A program made the position numbers and the translations under genes. Under the pieces are notes generated by a model. The model was not told where the DNA came from. It saw nothing but the letters and a program-made list of their open reading frames with translations, and did no database searches. This document shows, one piece after another, positions 25,344-37,741 of a DNA stretch of 64,000 nt; the stretch's first letter is position 1, and each line of letters starts with the position of its first letter. The stretch comes from Phoronis australis (lineage: Eukaryota; Animalia; Phoronida), in assembly GCA_002633005.1 (NCBI GenBank), contig NMRA01000382.1, positions 62,001-126,000 on the forward strand, in the 5' to 3' direction.

Positions 25344-28300
25344 CCCTTGCAAAAATGAACTTAAGTTTTTCGATGAAAACATAAGTTTTTGTCAAAAAAA
25401 CTTAATGTTTAGAGGAAAACTTAAGTTCTTCCGAAAAACTTAAGTTTTTAAAAGAAACTTAAGTTTCAAAACTGAAGTTTTTCGCCAAAAACTTAAGTTT
25501 TTCAGCACAATGTTAAGTTTTTCACAGAACTTAAGGTTTTTCAGGTGTAAAACCTAAGTTTTCTCAAACACTTAAGTTTTTGTACTAACAAAAATTAAGT
25601 TGTTCTGATAACTTAAGTTTATCACAAAACTTAAGTTTTTGTACTAACTAAACTTAAGTTTTTCTGATAATTTAAGTTTATCACAAAACGTAAGTTTTTT
25701 ATAATTTTAAAGACTTAAGTTTTACTAACTTCTAAAGTTTTTCGCAAACTTTAGTTTTTCCAATTTAAGAAACTTAAGTTTTCCTGACTTCTCAAGTGTT
25801 TCAGAAAACTGCATTTTTCTTGTGTGGAAAACTTGAATTTTCTAAAAACTCTTAGGTTTCTATGTCATGAAAATTTACGTTTTCAAGTTGTTAAAGTTTG
25901 AATATTGTTGGATATTTAATTTTATGTTCGAAATGTTTCCCATTATTCTCCAACAAAAAATATTGTTTGCTTATGCAAAAACCATCTTAAAAATGTTGCC
26001 CGAATGTTTCCTTAACATGTATATAGATGCAAACCATAAAACGACGAACGTGTTAATCCCCTGAGACACTGACCTGGTCAGTACAATGTAATCAATAGAA
26101 CTCATGCAATTCTTTAAAAAACGTAGTTATTGTGCAAGTTTCCTTTGTGTTGAGTTGTATTCTTAAGGCAGTTTTCACCGGAAGTCAACTGTTTGAATTT
26201 TATAAGCGACAGTCAACTTCGAAGAAAAAGTCCTGTGGTGGCTAGCCCGCGGCAATGAAGTTGATCTTACTACGAGCTGAACTAGCAAGGAGGCATTTTA
26301 GAAGTTTTGGAAATCAGGTTAGTGCCAGACACCGTTCTAAAATCGATTTGTCGCAATCGGTTCAGTGATTCCAACGAATGTGTTAAGTTCAGTCGTTATT
26401 GTCAGCCACTCACCAGTCACGCTGTCACATACCGGCATGGACTCATTACCCTATTATATTTCTGTCTTCTCAGGTTGTGTCAGTGAGCACCAATGCAAGG
26501 GGGGGACTACCAAGGCAAAGTGTAATCATTACCCTAGGTGGGTATATTGACATTGGTTGTGTGCGCTTACATTGTATGTCTATAATCGTAGAAATTCTTG
26601 GAAGCTCCTGATTTTAAAATCTCATATCATTACAGGTCAATAATTTGCAAGGTTCACTTGCCTCATCCACGCACCCATCCTAAAATATGGAGGGTGCTCA
26701 AATTTTTAGGCATGTTGACCTTTTACTAAAAAAACGGGGTATGCTCAGAGCTGTGCACTGTGCATTTCTGAATTACAGCTTTTTAGTGGACTTGAGTCTC
26801 GGTTTCTGTTTTTTTTGTTTCTATGAGGCTGACCTTTTCATGCCCACTTCTGCAGGTGAGGGAGGGGGTGCTCGTTCGAGCCTCCCCTGGGTGCGCTCAT
26901 GTGCCTGATTCTCAAAATTAAGAATCACCAGTGTAACTATTGTATTGCCTATTTCAGGTTTGTCAGGAGGATCTAGGTTATTGAATGCGAAAGGACATCC
27001 AGATCCCACTACTAGTACCCTATCTGGAATAACCCCGGCATAGGTCACATTGTACCCAAGTGAACTCTCACCAGTCAACATGTTAACTATTTTTGGCACA
27101 GTGAAACTTACATAATTCCTATCTAATTGCACCAAATAATTCAATGCAACTAAGGAAAATATTTTTGATTTGACTTTGGGATTGAGTATGTGCTTTCGAA
27201 TTCTTACCGTGTTGTGGAATACTAGAATGTCGCAAAGTTTTCATATTCAGACTTAAAATTTTCACATTCAATGCGAGTTTGACTGGTTTTATTGAAATCA
27301 ATAATTTCAAAGTCGTGGTGAAAGTGATAGTTAATCTGGGTAAAACTTTACCTAGGAGTTGTTTTGAGTTGAATATGGACTGATTAGAATGATCTCCCTA
27401 TGTCTGTGGTGGAATATTCTTCTCCCTCAGGAAATTTGCTTGGAACCTCAATTTAATATCTTTGCAAATGCCAGCCAGTAAAGTGATTGGTATGAGTACA
27501 GGATATATTATATTATATTATATGTTTACTGTAGTTCATGAGATAATAATTATATTTTTACTGTGAAATATTATGGTTACGTAAGAACTCTCATGAAGAC
27601 CATGCCAGTATCTTCAATGGTGGATTCAGAGGACAGCTAAGGGGCCATGGCTCCGGCCCCCTAAAACGCTACAAGATCAGTTGTCAGTTGGGGGGCAGGG
27701 GGTGAACATCTGATGGGAAAAACCCTACCCAATACTCTGCCCTAAACCCCCAACTCAAAATCCTGGATCCGCCCGACCGCCTCTGATCTTTACACGGATA
27801 ACACTCCCTGTAAATGGGTTATGACTGGATTCTTAAAAAGCTATCACATACTGTTATGTTTGCTAATATCTCATTGTTTTCAGGTATCTATTAACTTGGC
27901 GGAGTACTTGGAAGAACTAGACATCCAAACATTTGCATCGAAACAATCACCCAGGGGTGGTATTGGGCTGTTTACATCCACATGGCAAGTAGAGCTGCAT
28001 ATGTTTCATTGTTGAGTTAAAATAGTTCTGCTATCAGGGTTTGAATTTGAAATAACAAGAAACATGTCCTTGGTTTAGCCAATGGGCTTATAATCTTTAA
28101 CAAGCTCACTGATTCTTGTAGCCATTTGGTCAAGTCAATGTAAAGCTTCTTGGTTTTGCTATAAGTTTCATAAAGTACACGCGGAAGTATACATGTGAGA
28201 TTAAACTTTTAGTTCTAACCCTGGTTGTGCCGGCTAAATGTCCATGAAACATTACTAAGAAGACGTTTCAGTTCTATGCTGGCTGGTTACAGCTAGTTAG

Positions 28301-30345
28301 AATACAACTAGCTCCGCTCATTACGTAGAGTTGTGCATTGTCTTGTCAGATTAACGAATTAATCAATGAAAATTCATCAAAATAATGTGAATTGTAGTTC
28401 ATTGCAGTTGCCAACAGTTTCATAATTTGATAAAATTATTAATTAATTTGTCATAGAACTTGAACTAAAAAGTTACAGAATAAGATAACTGGTTAGCCTG
28501 AAGTCAAACATTTATTAACACATCAAGTTTTGTCATATGCAAGGTATGTTCTAGATTGTGATAGCATGGTAGGTGACCATGTGCATGTTTTGTAGTCAAG
28601 TTGTATAGAATAAAATTGTTTTGAATGTCACGAATCCAGGATTAAAACTTCATTCAAAACAGTATGTGGAAAACTAACCCACTGCAGTGCATGCTTTGAG
28701 TAAACTTGCAGAGAAGTATTGCACTTGAATCCTGGAGAGTGATTGGTTAAATTTTGAGTTTGAAGACTATTTTCTAGGCTCTGTATATAAGTCAGGAAGT
28801 TTTAAAAATCAGTGTCGTATAAACAGCATGATAAATATCCAGCAAGTTAAGTTGTCTTATACTGATAGCTTGTATCCGTCTGTTATTAAAATTTGTTTTC
28901 TTCATTGCAGAGAGTGCCTTTAACAATCGTTGGATAAGGAAGGCTATCCAGACAACACAACGTACGCACTTATGAACTGCAGCTCATGAACTTATGAATT
29001 CAGTTATCTGAGCTCAGAAACGAGCGTTTTTAGTCACAAAACATGGGTTATTTGCCTGTGAAGCTAAGCGAGAAGATCCAGCTAAAGAAGATTAAGAGGC
29101 TTGTAGTCTAGCCTAGGACCCTACCACATCGACTTAACTCTTGTTCTTTGCGGAGCATCGACGTATACTGCGAAGTTAACTGGACCGTTCATTCTGGCTT
29201 CGGTAGTTAATGAACTTCGAAGTAGGTGACGCTCTCGTGGTCGAAGGTATCGCAAGGTAGCACTGCACGCTAAGATATGACAATTTGGGAACATTTACAT
29301 GTGTTAGTTGGCATAAAACTTATTTTTGAATCGATTGGTGATTATTAGAGCAAGGTATAATCAACTATTAGCCTTCACACTACTATGCAAATGTTAATGA
29401 TAACAGTGGCCCATTGCAATAACTTTGATAGGACCGAAATTGATCGTTTATAATGATAGGTGATTCTAGGCACTATTTCTAGCATCAGAATTGTACCTCC
29501 CAAAATCAGATTTGAGGCCATTGTCGATAAACTTTTAGTTATCTGTTACGTTTTATGTTATGCTTTTGTCCCTGCGGATATTCTTGGATTTTGCATATTA
29601 AGTGATTTCTTATTCTTGGTGTCATTGCTGTAATTTTAGTTGAAAAAGTCTGCTGTTGAAACGTAGACTTTTGTTGTAGTCCTTCCTGGCTATGTAATCA
29701 CATTTTCTTTGGTTTTGTTTCATGATTTGGTAGGGATTTCTCTGTGTGTATATTTCATTTTGCTCCCTCAGTTATCGCATAATTGTCATAGATTGAGAAC
29801 GATGCAAACATGAATATATTATTAGCCTCATTTGGTTTTTACTGCATTGCATGCATGACACTTGATGAACTGATTTTTGAAATGTTTCTTTTGTTAAGAT
29901 TTTGGCATTTCACTTATATTCACTTAATTTAAGGAACTAGACAGTGTATTTTAGGAAGTGCATTTTATTATCTGCAATTAATCACTGTTAATGAAATGTT
30001 AATAGAAGTCTAGTTTGTTAAATCTTGATGAGAATCATTAAATTTGTTACTGTACTCCACTCTTGTTTTAGGGAAAATCGAAATTTTTGAATGAATGTCC
30101 TATTGAAACTTATTGCTTTTGAAAACTTCAGTTTTCAAAAGTTAGTTTCTTGAAAACTTATGTTCGGAAAACTTAGTTTTCAAAAACTTTAGTTTTGATG
30201 ACTTATGTTTGTTACTAAAAACTTTTTCCAAAACAATGTTAATGAAATGGCAATAAAATTTTGTTATTGCTTTTAGTACTAAAATTTCTGTAATACTTAA
30301 CGTTTGGAAAACTTAAGTTTTGAAAATGGAATTTTCTTGCAAGGC
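25344..30345. mobile_element. ~5-kb non-autonomous DNA element with CCCTTRCAAAAA ends and subterminal AAAACTTAAGTTTT arrays (CACTA/EnSpm-like or Foldback-like)
   Basis: Left end cccttgcaaaaatgaacttaag, with ~500 bp of palindromic aaaacttaagtttt repeats (25355-25860). Similar repeats at 30120-30325 end in ttttcttgcaagg. Superfamily is inferred from terminus style only. Confidence 0.6.
27614..27785. mobile_element. MITE of CAGGGGCGGATCCAG type; a related 3' half lies at ~19370-19465
   Basis: caatggtggattcag ... cctggatccgcc(cgaccgcc)tctg. It shares ctgatgggXaaaaXcctXXXXaatactctgc...aaatcctggatccgccc with 19370-19465. Confidence 0.6.
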
Positions 30346-30347
30346 AC

Positions 30348-30480
30348 CCTTACAAAAATGAATTTAAGTTTTTGGTCTGAAAATTTTAAGTTTTCATTCA
30401 CGAAAACCTAAGATTTGGAAAAAACTTAAGTATTTATGAACAAGTTTTTTGGAACGAACTTAAGTTTTTGAAAACTTACA
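30348..30480 (-). mobile_element. Solo terminus of the AAAACTTAAGTTTT element family
   Basis: cccttacaaaaatgaatttaagtttttggtctgaaa...gaacaagttttttggaacgaactta is a diverged reverse complement of 41400-41543. Confidence 0.75.
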
Positions 30481-33027
30481 TTATGATAAGAAAAACAACA
30501 ATACGACGATATGCGATATACATGCGACGAGGAGCCGTGGACAGTGGTGGAGTTTGTTTTATCATATTTTTAGAGAACTGCAAATTTGTCAACAATTTTT
30601 CTGCAGCCTTTTCGTTTTAATTCGAATGAAAAATTGTGGTCACGCCACTTAGCTTTTCATTCATTGATATTACAATGCATTGCATGAACAGTTGATCGAA
30701 TAGGTGTAAAGAAATACTCATGAGCACATTGCAAATCATAACGACAGTAAATCAAAATTACCTACATTTGTTGAGAAACTGAAGTCCCATAACCCTGCTG
30801 TAATACATATGTTGACAAGGGATGAAACAGTTATTCACCACATACGCGTTAAATTAGTCGAGCGCAATATGGCCATGTGTGAGTGTTTTCAGCATTCACC
30901 TCCCACACTACTTAAACAGTGCCCCTGTCATGGAAAGTTCAAAAGATGGGCCAATGTCGACTCGATGTCGTTTGCCGGCCCGATCACCATTTTTTCAAAA
31001 ATAGTTTAAAATAATACAGTTGCAACAGTATAAATAACAGTCAAGATGGAATCAGGTAAGAAACGTAACATCAGGAACAAAACTGCTAATTATATGACAC
31101 TTCCGTCTCAGTTTCCAATTGCTAAATATAACATTGTCTGCAACTCATGTGCCCATTTCTTGTAAAAATAGTGTCGAACATTGTTTTTTATGTATGTTCA
31201 GGAAATGTAACGAGTTCAATGGATAGATACCGTTGTTTTCATCTCTGTTATTTATTTTCAAATTATAAATCGTTAATTAATTAATTGTAGACGAAGTTGC
31301 ACATAACCTTCTCATTTGGGATGAGCTCTTCTCAGTAAAACGAGTTTCGACTTAATTGAATGCTTTGTAAATCATTGCCAGACAATCCAATGCTTGCGAT
31401 TACATCAATTGGTGTATTCTTTTGATATTTCTCTCAGAAAGCTCAAATGTCGAAACTACATTCAGAGCATTTATTACAGAACGGTAAATTACACGTGCGC
31501 ATTTTCAATTTTACTGAACATGTGTTCCTAAGTAAATGATCGAGGCCACGCTGCCGCACCGTTTCAACTGAGATTAGGTAAATCCTTTGCAAAGATCCTT
31601 TAGCTTTTTACCGCACAATGTCTTGCAACAAACAACTAAAATTTTTCAGAATGGTAATAACCACTGTTAAGTACATGCACATGTATTTAATTCAGTTCAT
31701 TAAAATTTACCGAAACATATAATGGGAATACTATTTTTGATTTGAACTATCGCCCAGTACTATATAGTGCGTAATCCGTGAATGCTGCAAGGAACAATCA
31801 GGGAATGTGACTTGCGTGTAATTCATTTAGCCGTATTAGAATTTAATTTTGGGTTGCGTCATACCATGCGTTTTACTTCTAGAAGTGTCTCATTAAAAAT
31901 ATAAATACTTAGCTTTATATTTTTTTCAAACCTGCTTAATGTAGTCGGTAAGGTTTTCAGAGTGGTTCGTCTATATGTTTTTCAAGGTATCCTCCTTAAT
32001 GAGAAAATTTTGCCAACACTCAGAGGTCAAAGTAAAAATAAATTGCAGTCATGTAAGGCAATATGATCCAAATCAAGCATATATAGCTTGAAGTCAAACT
32101 TGAGCTAGAAAGATCAGGAAGTGCTATAATGTTGATGAGAATGTATGTGTACTTGTATAAATTCAATCCGAGAAAGATCTGCTTCCAAGACATGGTTTGT
32201 ACTACATGTAGTTTCATTTAATCAAGTGCATATCAATAATTTTCAATCTTTGTTACATTATGACCATATCAAAATTATTGGAGAATCTCAAGTATGGTGC
32301 AAATACGCTTATTTTTACCATTCTAAATTCAAATGTTCATGCTCAAAACTTGCATAATCAGCTTCATAAAATGAAAACTGAAGAGCAATCGGATTTAAAA
32401 ATGTGAAAAGATTTTTTCGTTTTAAAGAAGTACTTTTGATAAAAGTTTTACTTGATCACCAAAGTGTAACAATGGCAGGATTTCCACTGACAAGGAGTCT
32501 ATGGTTACAGTCAAAAATTGTCAATTTTGCTGTTTGTGTTAAACAAATTTCAAGTCTTGAGAAATTAGTTTGTTCTGGAAAGGAGGATTTCACGTCCCTC
32601 TGGGGAGGACATGTAAATCAGATGACTTATTTTTTTTGATTTGACTCCTTTCTAGCTTGAATGGCTTTGGCTACAATCGGTGTAAATAAACGCTTTGAAA
32701 AATGTGCAGTTCCAGCATGTTCTTTTCATTATTGTAATGTTCCTCAGTGTCAATGAATTTCAAAAATAGAAAATTGAAGGAAAGAACCAAGAATAACTAT
32801 TGACTGGCTCTGTACGCAAAGTCTGGCAATGAACTTAGCCGTAGTGCTAATGAGTCTTTAGCTTCACTCCAACACATGTTGTTGTCATGGGAGGAGATAA
32901 GCCACAGCTGTCAACACATGAACGACATTGTAACACACCAGTGGCGGCGGCCCCAACGAGGCCGTCTGGTCTAGCAATTCTGAAGCGTTTGTCGACCATA
33001 GTTTTAGGGCTTGTTTTTTCCTTGCAG

Positions 33028-33309
33028 AGAAAAACCTCAGATGCAAAGTTGACGTTAAAGGACTTGATTATAGCGGTGACATTCACTACGCCAAGACTGG
33101 GGAAAAGTGCAGGGTATGGGGTAGTCCGGAAGTTCTGAGACACATGTCCACAAGAAGACGTTTATTGGCATCATACAAGATGTGGCCAAGAGCAGTGCAA
33201 CTTTCGAATTTTTGTAGAAATCCAGACGGTGAGATGCAGGGTCCTTGGTGTTACGTAGAAACACAGGATATACCTGCGTGGCATTATTGTGACATCAAAA
33301 TATGTGACG
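33028..33309 (+). CDS. Kringle-domain exon K3 (282 bp, phase 1-1); not in the supplied ORF track
   Basis: Hand translation: (E)KNLRCKVDVKGLDYSGDIHYAKTGEKCRVWGSPEVLRHMSTRRRLLASYKMWPRAVQLSNFCRNPDGEMQGPWCYVETQDIPAWHYCDIKICD, no stops. Acceptor ttttttccttgcag|, donor G|gtaagt. Confidence 0.9.
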
Positions 33310-33373
33310 GTAAGTGCTAGCACAACAAACATTCATATCTTGAAAGTGGAACATGAAGGGTGTACCAGCACAG

Positions 33374-33440
33374 TATAGCACACATCACGATTTTTGTCCG
33401 ACCTGTCGGAAATTGGAGGACGAACGGCTATCGACCATTT
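33374..33440 (+). mobile_element. Short terminal fragment of the CACAGCACACATC element family
   Basis: tatagcacacatcacgatttttgtccgacctgtcggaaattgg matches the termini at 33866, 39760 and 52559 (rev). Confidence 0.7.
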
Positions 33441-33865
33441 TCACGAAAGACATCGCTCTAGTCAGTTAGCGACTAGTCATTCACATATGGCAAATCACAT
33501 TTACAAAATACCACGAAAGACGGGTGATGAGGCTGGATCTCGCGAGATCATATGGGTTCGTATCCGCGCCAAATAAACCGCAGTAAAACATTTCGTCATT
33601 GTTGTAACTTGAATGAGTTTTGTAGCAGTTAGAACAAAGTTTTTAAAAATGGTAATTATAACCCTTGTAAATGAGAAAGTCCGTATTTGTCGACCCGTTT
33701 ATGTATCAAAATAAAGACTTATCTCCCATGTCATGCATACTCCGGGAATCCCCTAGTATAGAATTGCGACGAATGAGGACGATAATGGAGTACTTGTAGT
33801 ATTAATTGAAGCAATTTTAAAACGAAAAACTTCATTGAAACGGTTTAGTTATCACTAAGTGAACA

Positions 33866-36800
33866 TACAGCACACATCACGAATTTTTGGCCGACCGGTC
33901 GGAAATTGGTCGACGACCGGCAGTCGATCGGTCGTCTAGCCCACCAGCAGCTGACCAGCAGCCGACCAACAACGGTCGGCTAGGAGCCGTCTGCTGAGTC
34001 GCCTCTGTGGTCGGCACTTGGGTCGGCTAATTGGTCGCCTAGCGTAGACGACCAATTCGGATTAAGCGTGTCCTTGGTCGGCAATTACCATTTTATGACT
34101 TAGCCGGGTGAACTTTGGACAAACAAATATTTATTAACTGTTCGCTGTTCGTTTACCAGTAGCAACTCCGGTCTTGACATCGGTTTATTAAATTTTGTTC
34201 AACTATTGAATGGAGGTAAAATCGAATCAACCTACAAATACGAATTGCTTGACATAACACAAGCCGAAAACCATATGTTGAATTAATGACGGCGTGGTAA
34301 AATCAAACGTTAAGTGATATAGCGGAAAAATAATTTCTAACCTTAGATATGAGACTTTTTATCCAGTACATTATGCATAAAAACGAGCACGAAATTTGAA
34401 ATCAACAGCAAAGTTGCATAAAAATCAGAATACAACACTGGATATTTTACGACCTCAAATGTTTTCATGCCGCGGATTGCTCAACACGCAGCACGCATTT
34501 GCGCTCATCAGTTATGGCTCTTGACCATCACTTCATCACGCTGTATATTGCGCTTTACCACAGATAATTATTGTTTATTTCTGTATAACTTTTTAATATG
34601 TTGGTAGAGCAATAGAAACCAAGATTATTTTAGGAACAATATAAACAATGGTTTGAACATAGCGCCGATATTAAATCATGGGCGCATGAAAACGGAAGAC
34701 TGTGATCGGTTTATCATTATTCTAAAATTGTTGTCACTTTGGCAGTAAACAATTTTTCGAAGCTAGAGCCTTTCTGTCTAGCCAGCTAGCTGTGAAGACT
34801 ATTTTCAAAATACAGCAAGGTGCCACTGCGTATTGAGCTCAAACAGACCTCAAAACTTCACACACCCCGGATAGTTACATGTACGCTTGTCACCTCGTCG
34901 AAAAGCTTGTATCAACATGAGCTCAAGACCGGCGAGTTTGCATGCAAACTCTGGAAGCCAATTGCCATTCAAGTTGCCCGTTACGGCCGTTTAAACGAAA
35001 AACATTTGACGTCATCTTCTTGCGTAATTCTCTGCCTTTTGTAACGAAAAACTTATGTCGTCGTTTTGAAAAGAGTTCATTCGTGACACGCGCCACTTTC
35101 AAAATGTTTTCGACATCTCCCATTAGATGGCGACAACATCTCAGCAAAATTTGTTCTAAAATTTGGTTCACTGATATCACAATTCCAAAAACATATAATG
35201 AAGTGAAACCAATTCTGATCATTTGCCGTGACGTTTACGCAACCTCGAGGGAGAACGTTTGAATGAAGAATCTGGGAAAAAGAAACTGACTATTAGGTGA
35301 CGCAATATTTCATTGCGTCGAAAGTCGACGCAAAAGGTCATACCCTAATTTTAGCAGCAGAATAATTGTAGAAAACAAAATTTTGCAACGCTGGTAAATA
35401 ATTCAGATTACTCTAGGAAGAGTTTATTCGGTCAGTTTTTACCCACGACGGCGCAAATTTGTATATTTAATTTAGTAAACACCTTCGCACCAAGGCTAGA
35501 ACCTTCCGAGCCCTTTGGCGTAAGAGCGCAATACTTGGCGTTTCGCGTGTACTCCAGGGGGTAAAACTTTGAAAATAATATGTTCGGGGTAACCTGGTAC
35601 AGGTAATCCTAAAAAATTGTCTGTTTTCATGTACAGCGTAACCCAGTGATCCAAAAAGAACACTCTCGCAAACGAAAACGCACAACTTCTATAAGTTTAT
35701 TGCATCGGATTCCAGTGAGTCACCAGGGCTAGTCAAAACTCTTAAGGGGGCGCAATTTCAAACCTTTGTCATGAATCGGTGATATAAAAAAGGAATTAGA
35801 CCGACTTTAATTCATCAGCAATGTAGACACAACAGTTACAGACTCTGACTGCGTTTGTTACGTCTTGTGGCAATGATAAAAATAAATGTTTCTACTATGA
35901 TTGATAACAAGTTTTACTCTGATGAGGTATGATGCAATATGCATGTCTAATATGCAGATCGGCGGTTGCAAAAATATTTACTGGATTTAATGAATCCGTT
36001 TTATATGATCCACTGCAAAAGTATGATTACTAATTGTACGTTCGAAGCACGCCTCATTAGAATAAAAACATACACATGCTTGATGATCCTGGGAATACCT
36101 CTATTAGAGGCATGAATGAAGATATGTAGTTGTTAAGCCATAGAGGATAATAAGGCTTACATAATATCACACTGAGCCATCTACACCAGGCATATACAAA
36201 GGATACAGTATTTCTAAAGAATCCACAACTACTCATTTTTCATAGTCATAACTACTCATTTTTCATAGTATTACTAAATCACGAACCCCTAGATTTATAA
36301 AAGAAGTTACACAGAACGCTGCTACACAACTTGCTCTCCCACATTCATGGGAGGCCTAATTTGCATCATTTAACAACATATATTTTCTATACAAGATTAA
36401 AACCAAGCAAAACATGTTAACTTTCCAGGAACAAAAATAAATATCTCAAAACCAGAAATTTTACTTAAGCAGGAATTAAAACAATCCAATACATTGAGAT
36501 TGTTTTCACACAGAAGACCAAAAAAAAAACAAATAAAGACAAAAATTCACCACGTCAAGACTGAAATTGATCACATCAGCACCTATAATTTATCAAGTGA
36601 TGACCAAAACTACTTCACTTCAGGATCAAAATAAAATACGACCGAACTGAAAATTTAATAAGCCACGTTTAAAAACTTACCACGTCACCATCCCCAAGCA
36701 TTGATCCTTCAAAGTGATAATGTTCGTACTCTACGTATAAACAAGGGCTATATGTTCAACCTCTTGCCGACAAGACATATTATCCTGGAAATGCGGTTGA

Positions 36801-37330
36801 ATTTCTTTCGTCTAATCCACGTTTTACAATAGATGCCAATGTATACGTACACACTGGATTGGCATCATTGCATAATGGGTGACCACGTTGTCTCTGGGCA
36901 TGAAAAGAATTCTCTCCAGGCGTGATAAGTTTTCTGACGCAATAAATCCTGGTTGTCAATTGTTTTTGATTCTACAGAGATTTCAATTCCTGAATAGAAA
37001 AGGTGTGTTCTGAATTTTCCGCTTCAGCTTTCCATTCAGCTAACTATTGCACAACACAGTGTTTTTACTATCCCGTGGCGGCTCCACTGCAACGCGGAAT
37101 CACTTCTGGTACAACCTTTCGTAAATGACGTTCGTATTTTGCACATTTCTTCGGGGTAACAGTTTTGCAAGACTTATATGATCAACGGACAAGTTTCGGT
37201 TTGGTAGTCGGTTTTATTTTCTTTTTCAGGTAGCCCTTGAGCTCATGCTCTGAATGTTTTGAAAACGCAACTCTTTCTTTACGCAGATACGTTTTCTGCC
37301 CGTGGGCACCGACTAGGTGAATTCATCAAC
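33866..37330 (+). mobile_element. CACAG-terminated non-autonomous DNA element (CACTA/EnSpm-like), copy 1, 3'-truncated
   Basis: Terminus tacagcacacatcacgaattttt followed by subterminal ccgacc/ggtcgg repeats. Collinear with copy 2 and with the reverse complement of copy 3 up to gaattcatcaac (~37330). Confidence 0.75.
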
Positions 37331-37480
37331 GTTCACTGTGTGATTAAAGTAAAACTAGCAGAAGAAGCACAGTTGGCAGGCCAACTAATTGCGCTTTTGA
37401 CGTTCATACACTGAACGGCAACATGTTTGCTTATTAGCTCTGTAGTTCACCGACATTTAGTAGATCTTTGCCATGCACTA

Positions 37481-37741
37481 ACATGCGGATCTAGGTTACC
37501 ATAAGGGGGCCCAATGTGCTGCATCGGAGAATTGGGCAAAGCGCGATTGTATGCTTAGCCGCCCCTAAAGATATGGCGGCCGGCGATGTGACCTGGTGTT
37601 CCCCCACAAAAAACGGCAACCCGATTCTGCCGCGCTCCGGGGCTTCCTGCTCCTTGTTGGTGAACTCCATAATTCTTCACGCTGTTGCTGTTTAATTCTG
37701 CTTGCATCAGCNACCCCCCCCCCCCCCTAAATCCGCCTATG
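37481..37741. mobile_element. MITE-like GC-rich insert; a related diverged copy lies at ~37833-38138
   Basis: acatgcggatctagg ... cctaaatccgcctatg ends. Both copies share gggggccc..a..tg.tgc.tcgg.gaattgggca.agcgc...tgtatg. Confidence 0.55.

Noticed and set aside
25355-25860. AAAACTTAAGTTTT arrays or the 11030-11204 repeats as CRISPR arrays
   Set aside because: Eukaryotic context, no unique spacers of constant length, no cas genes. Both are transposon subterminal repeats.
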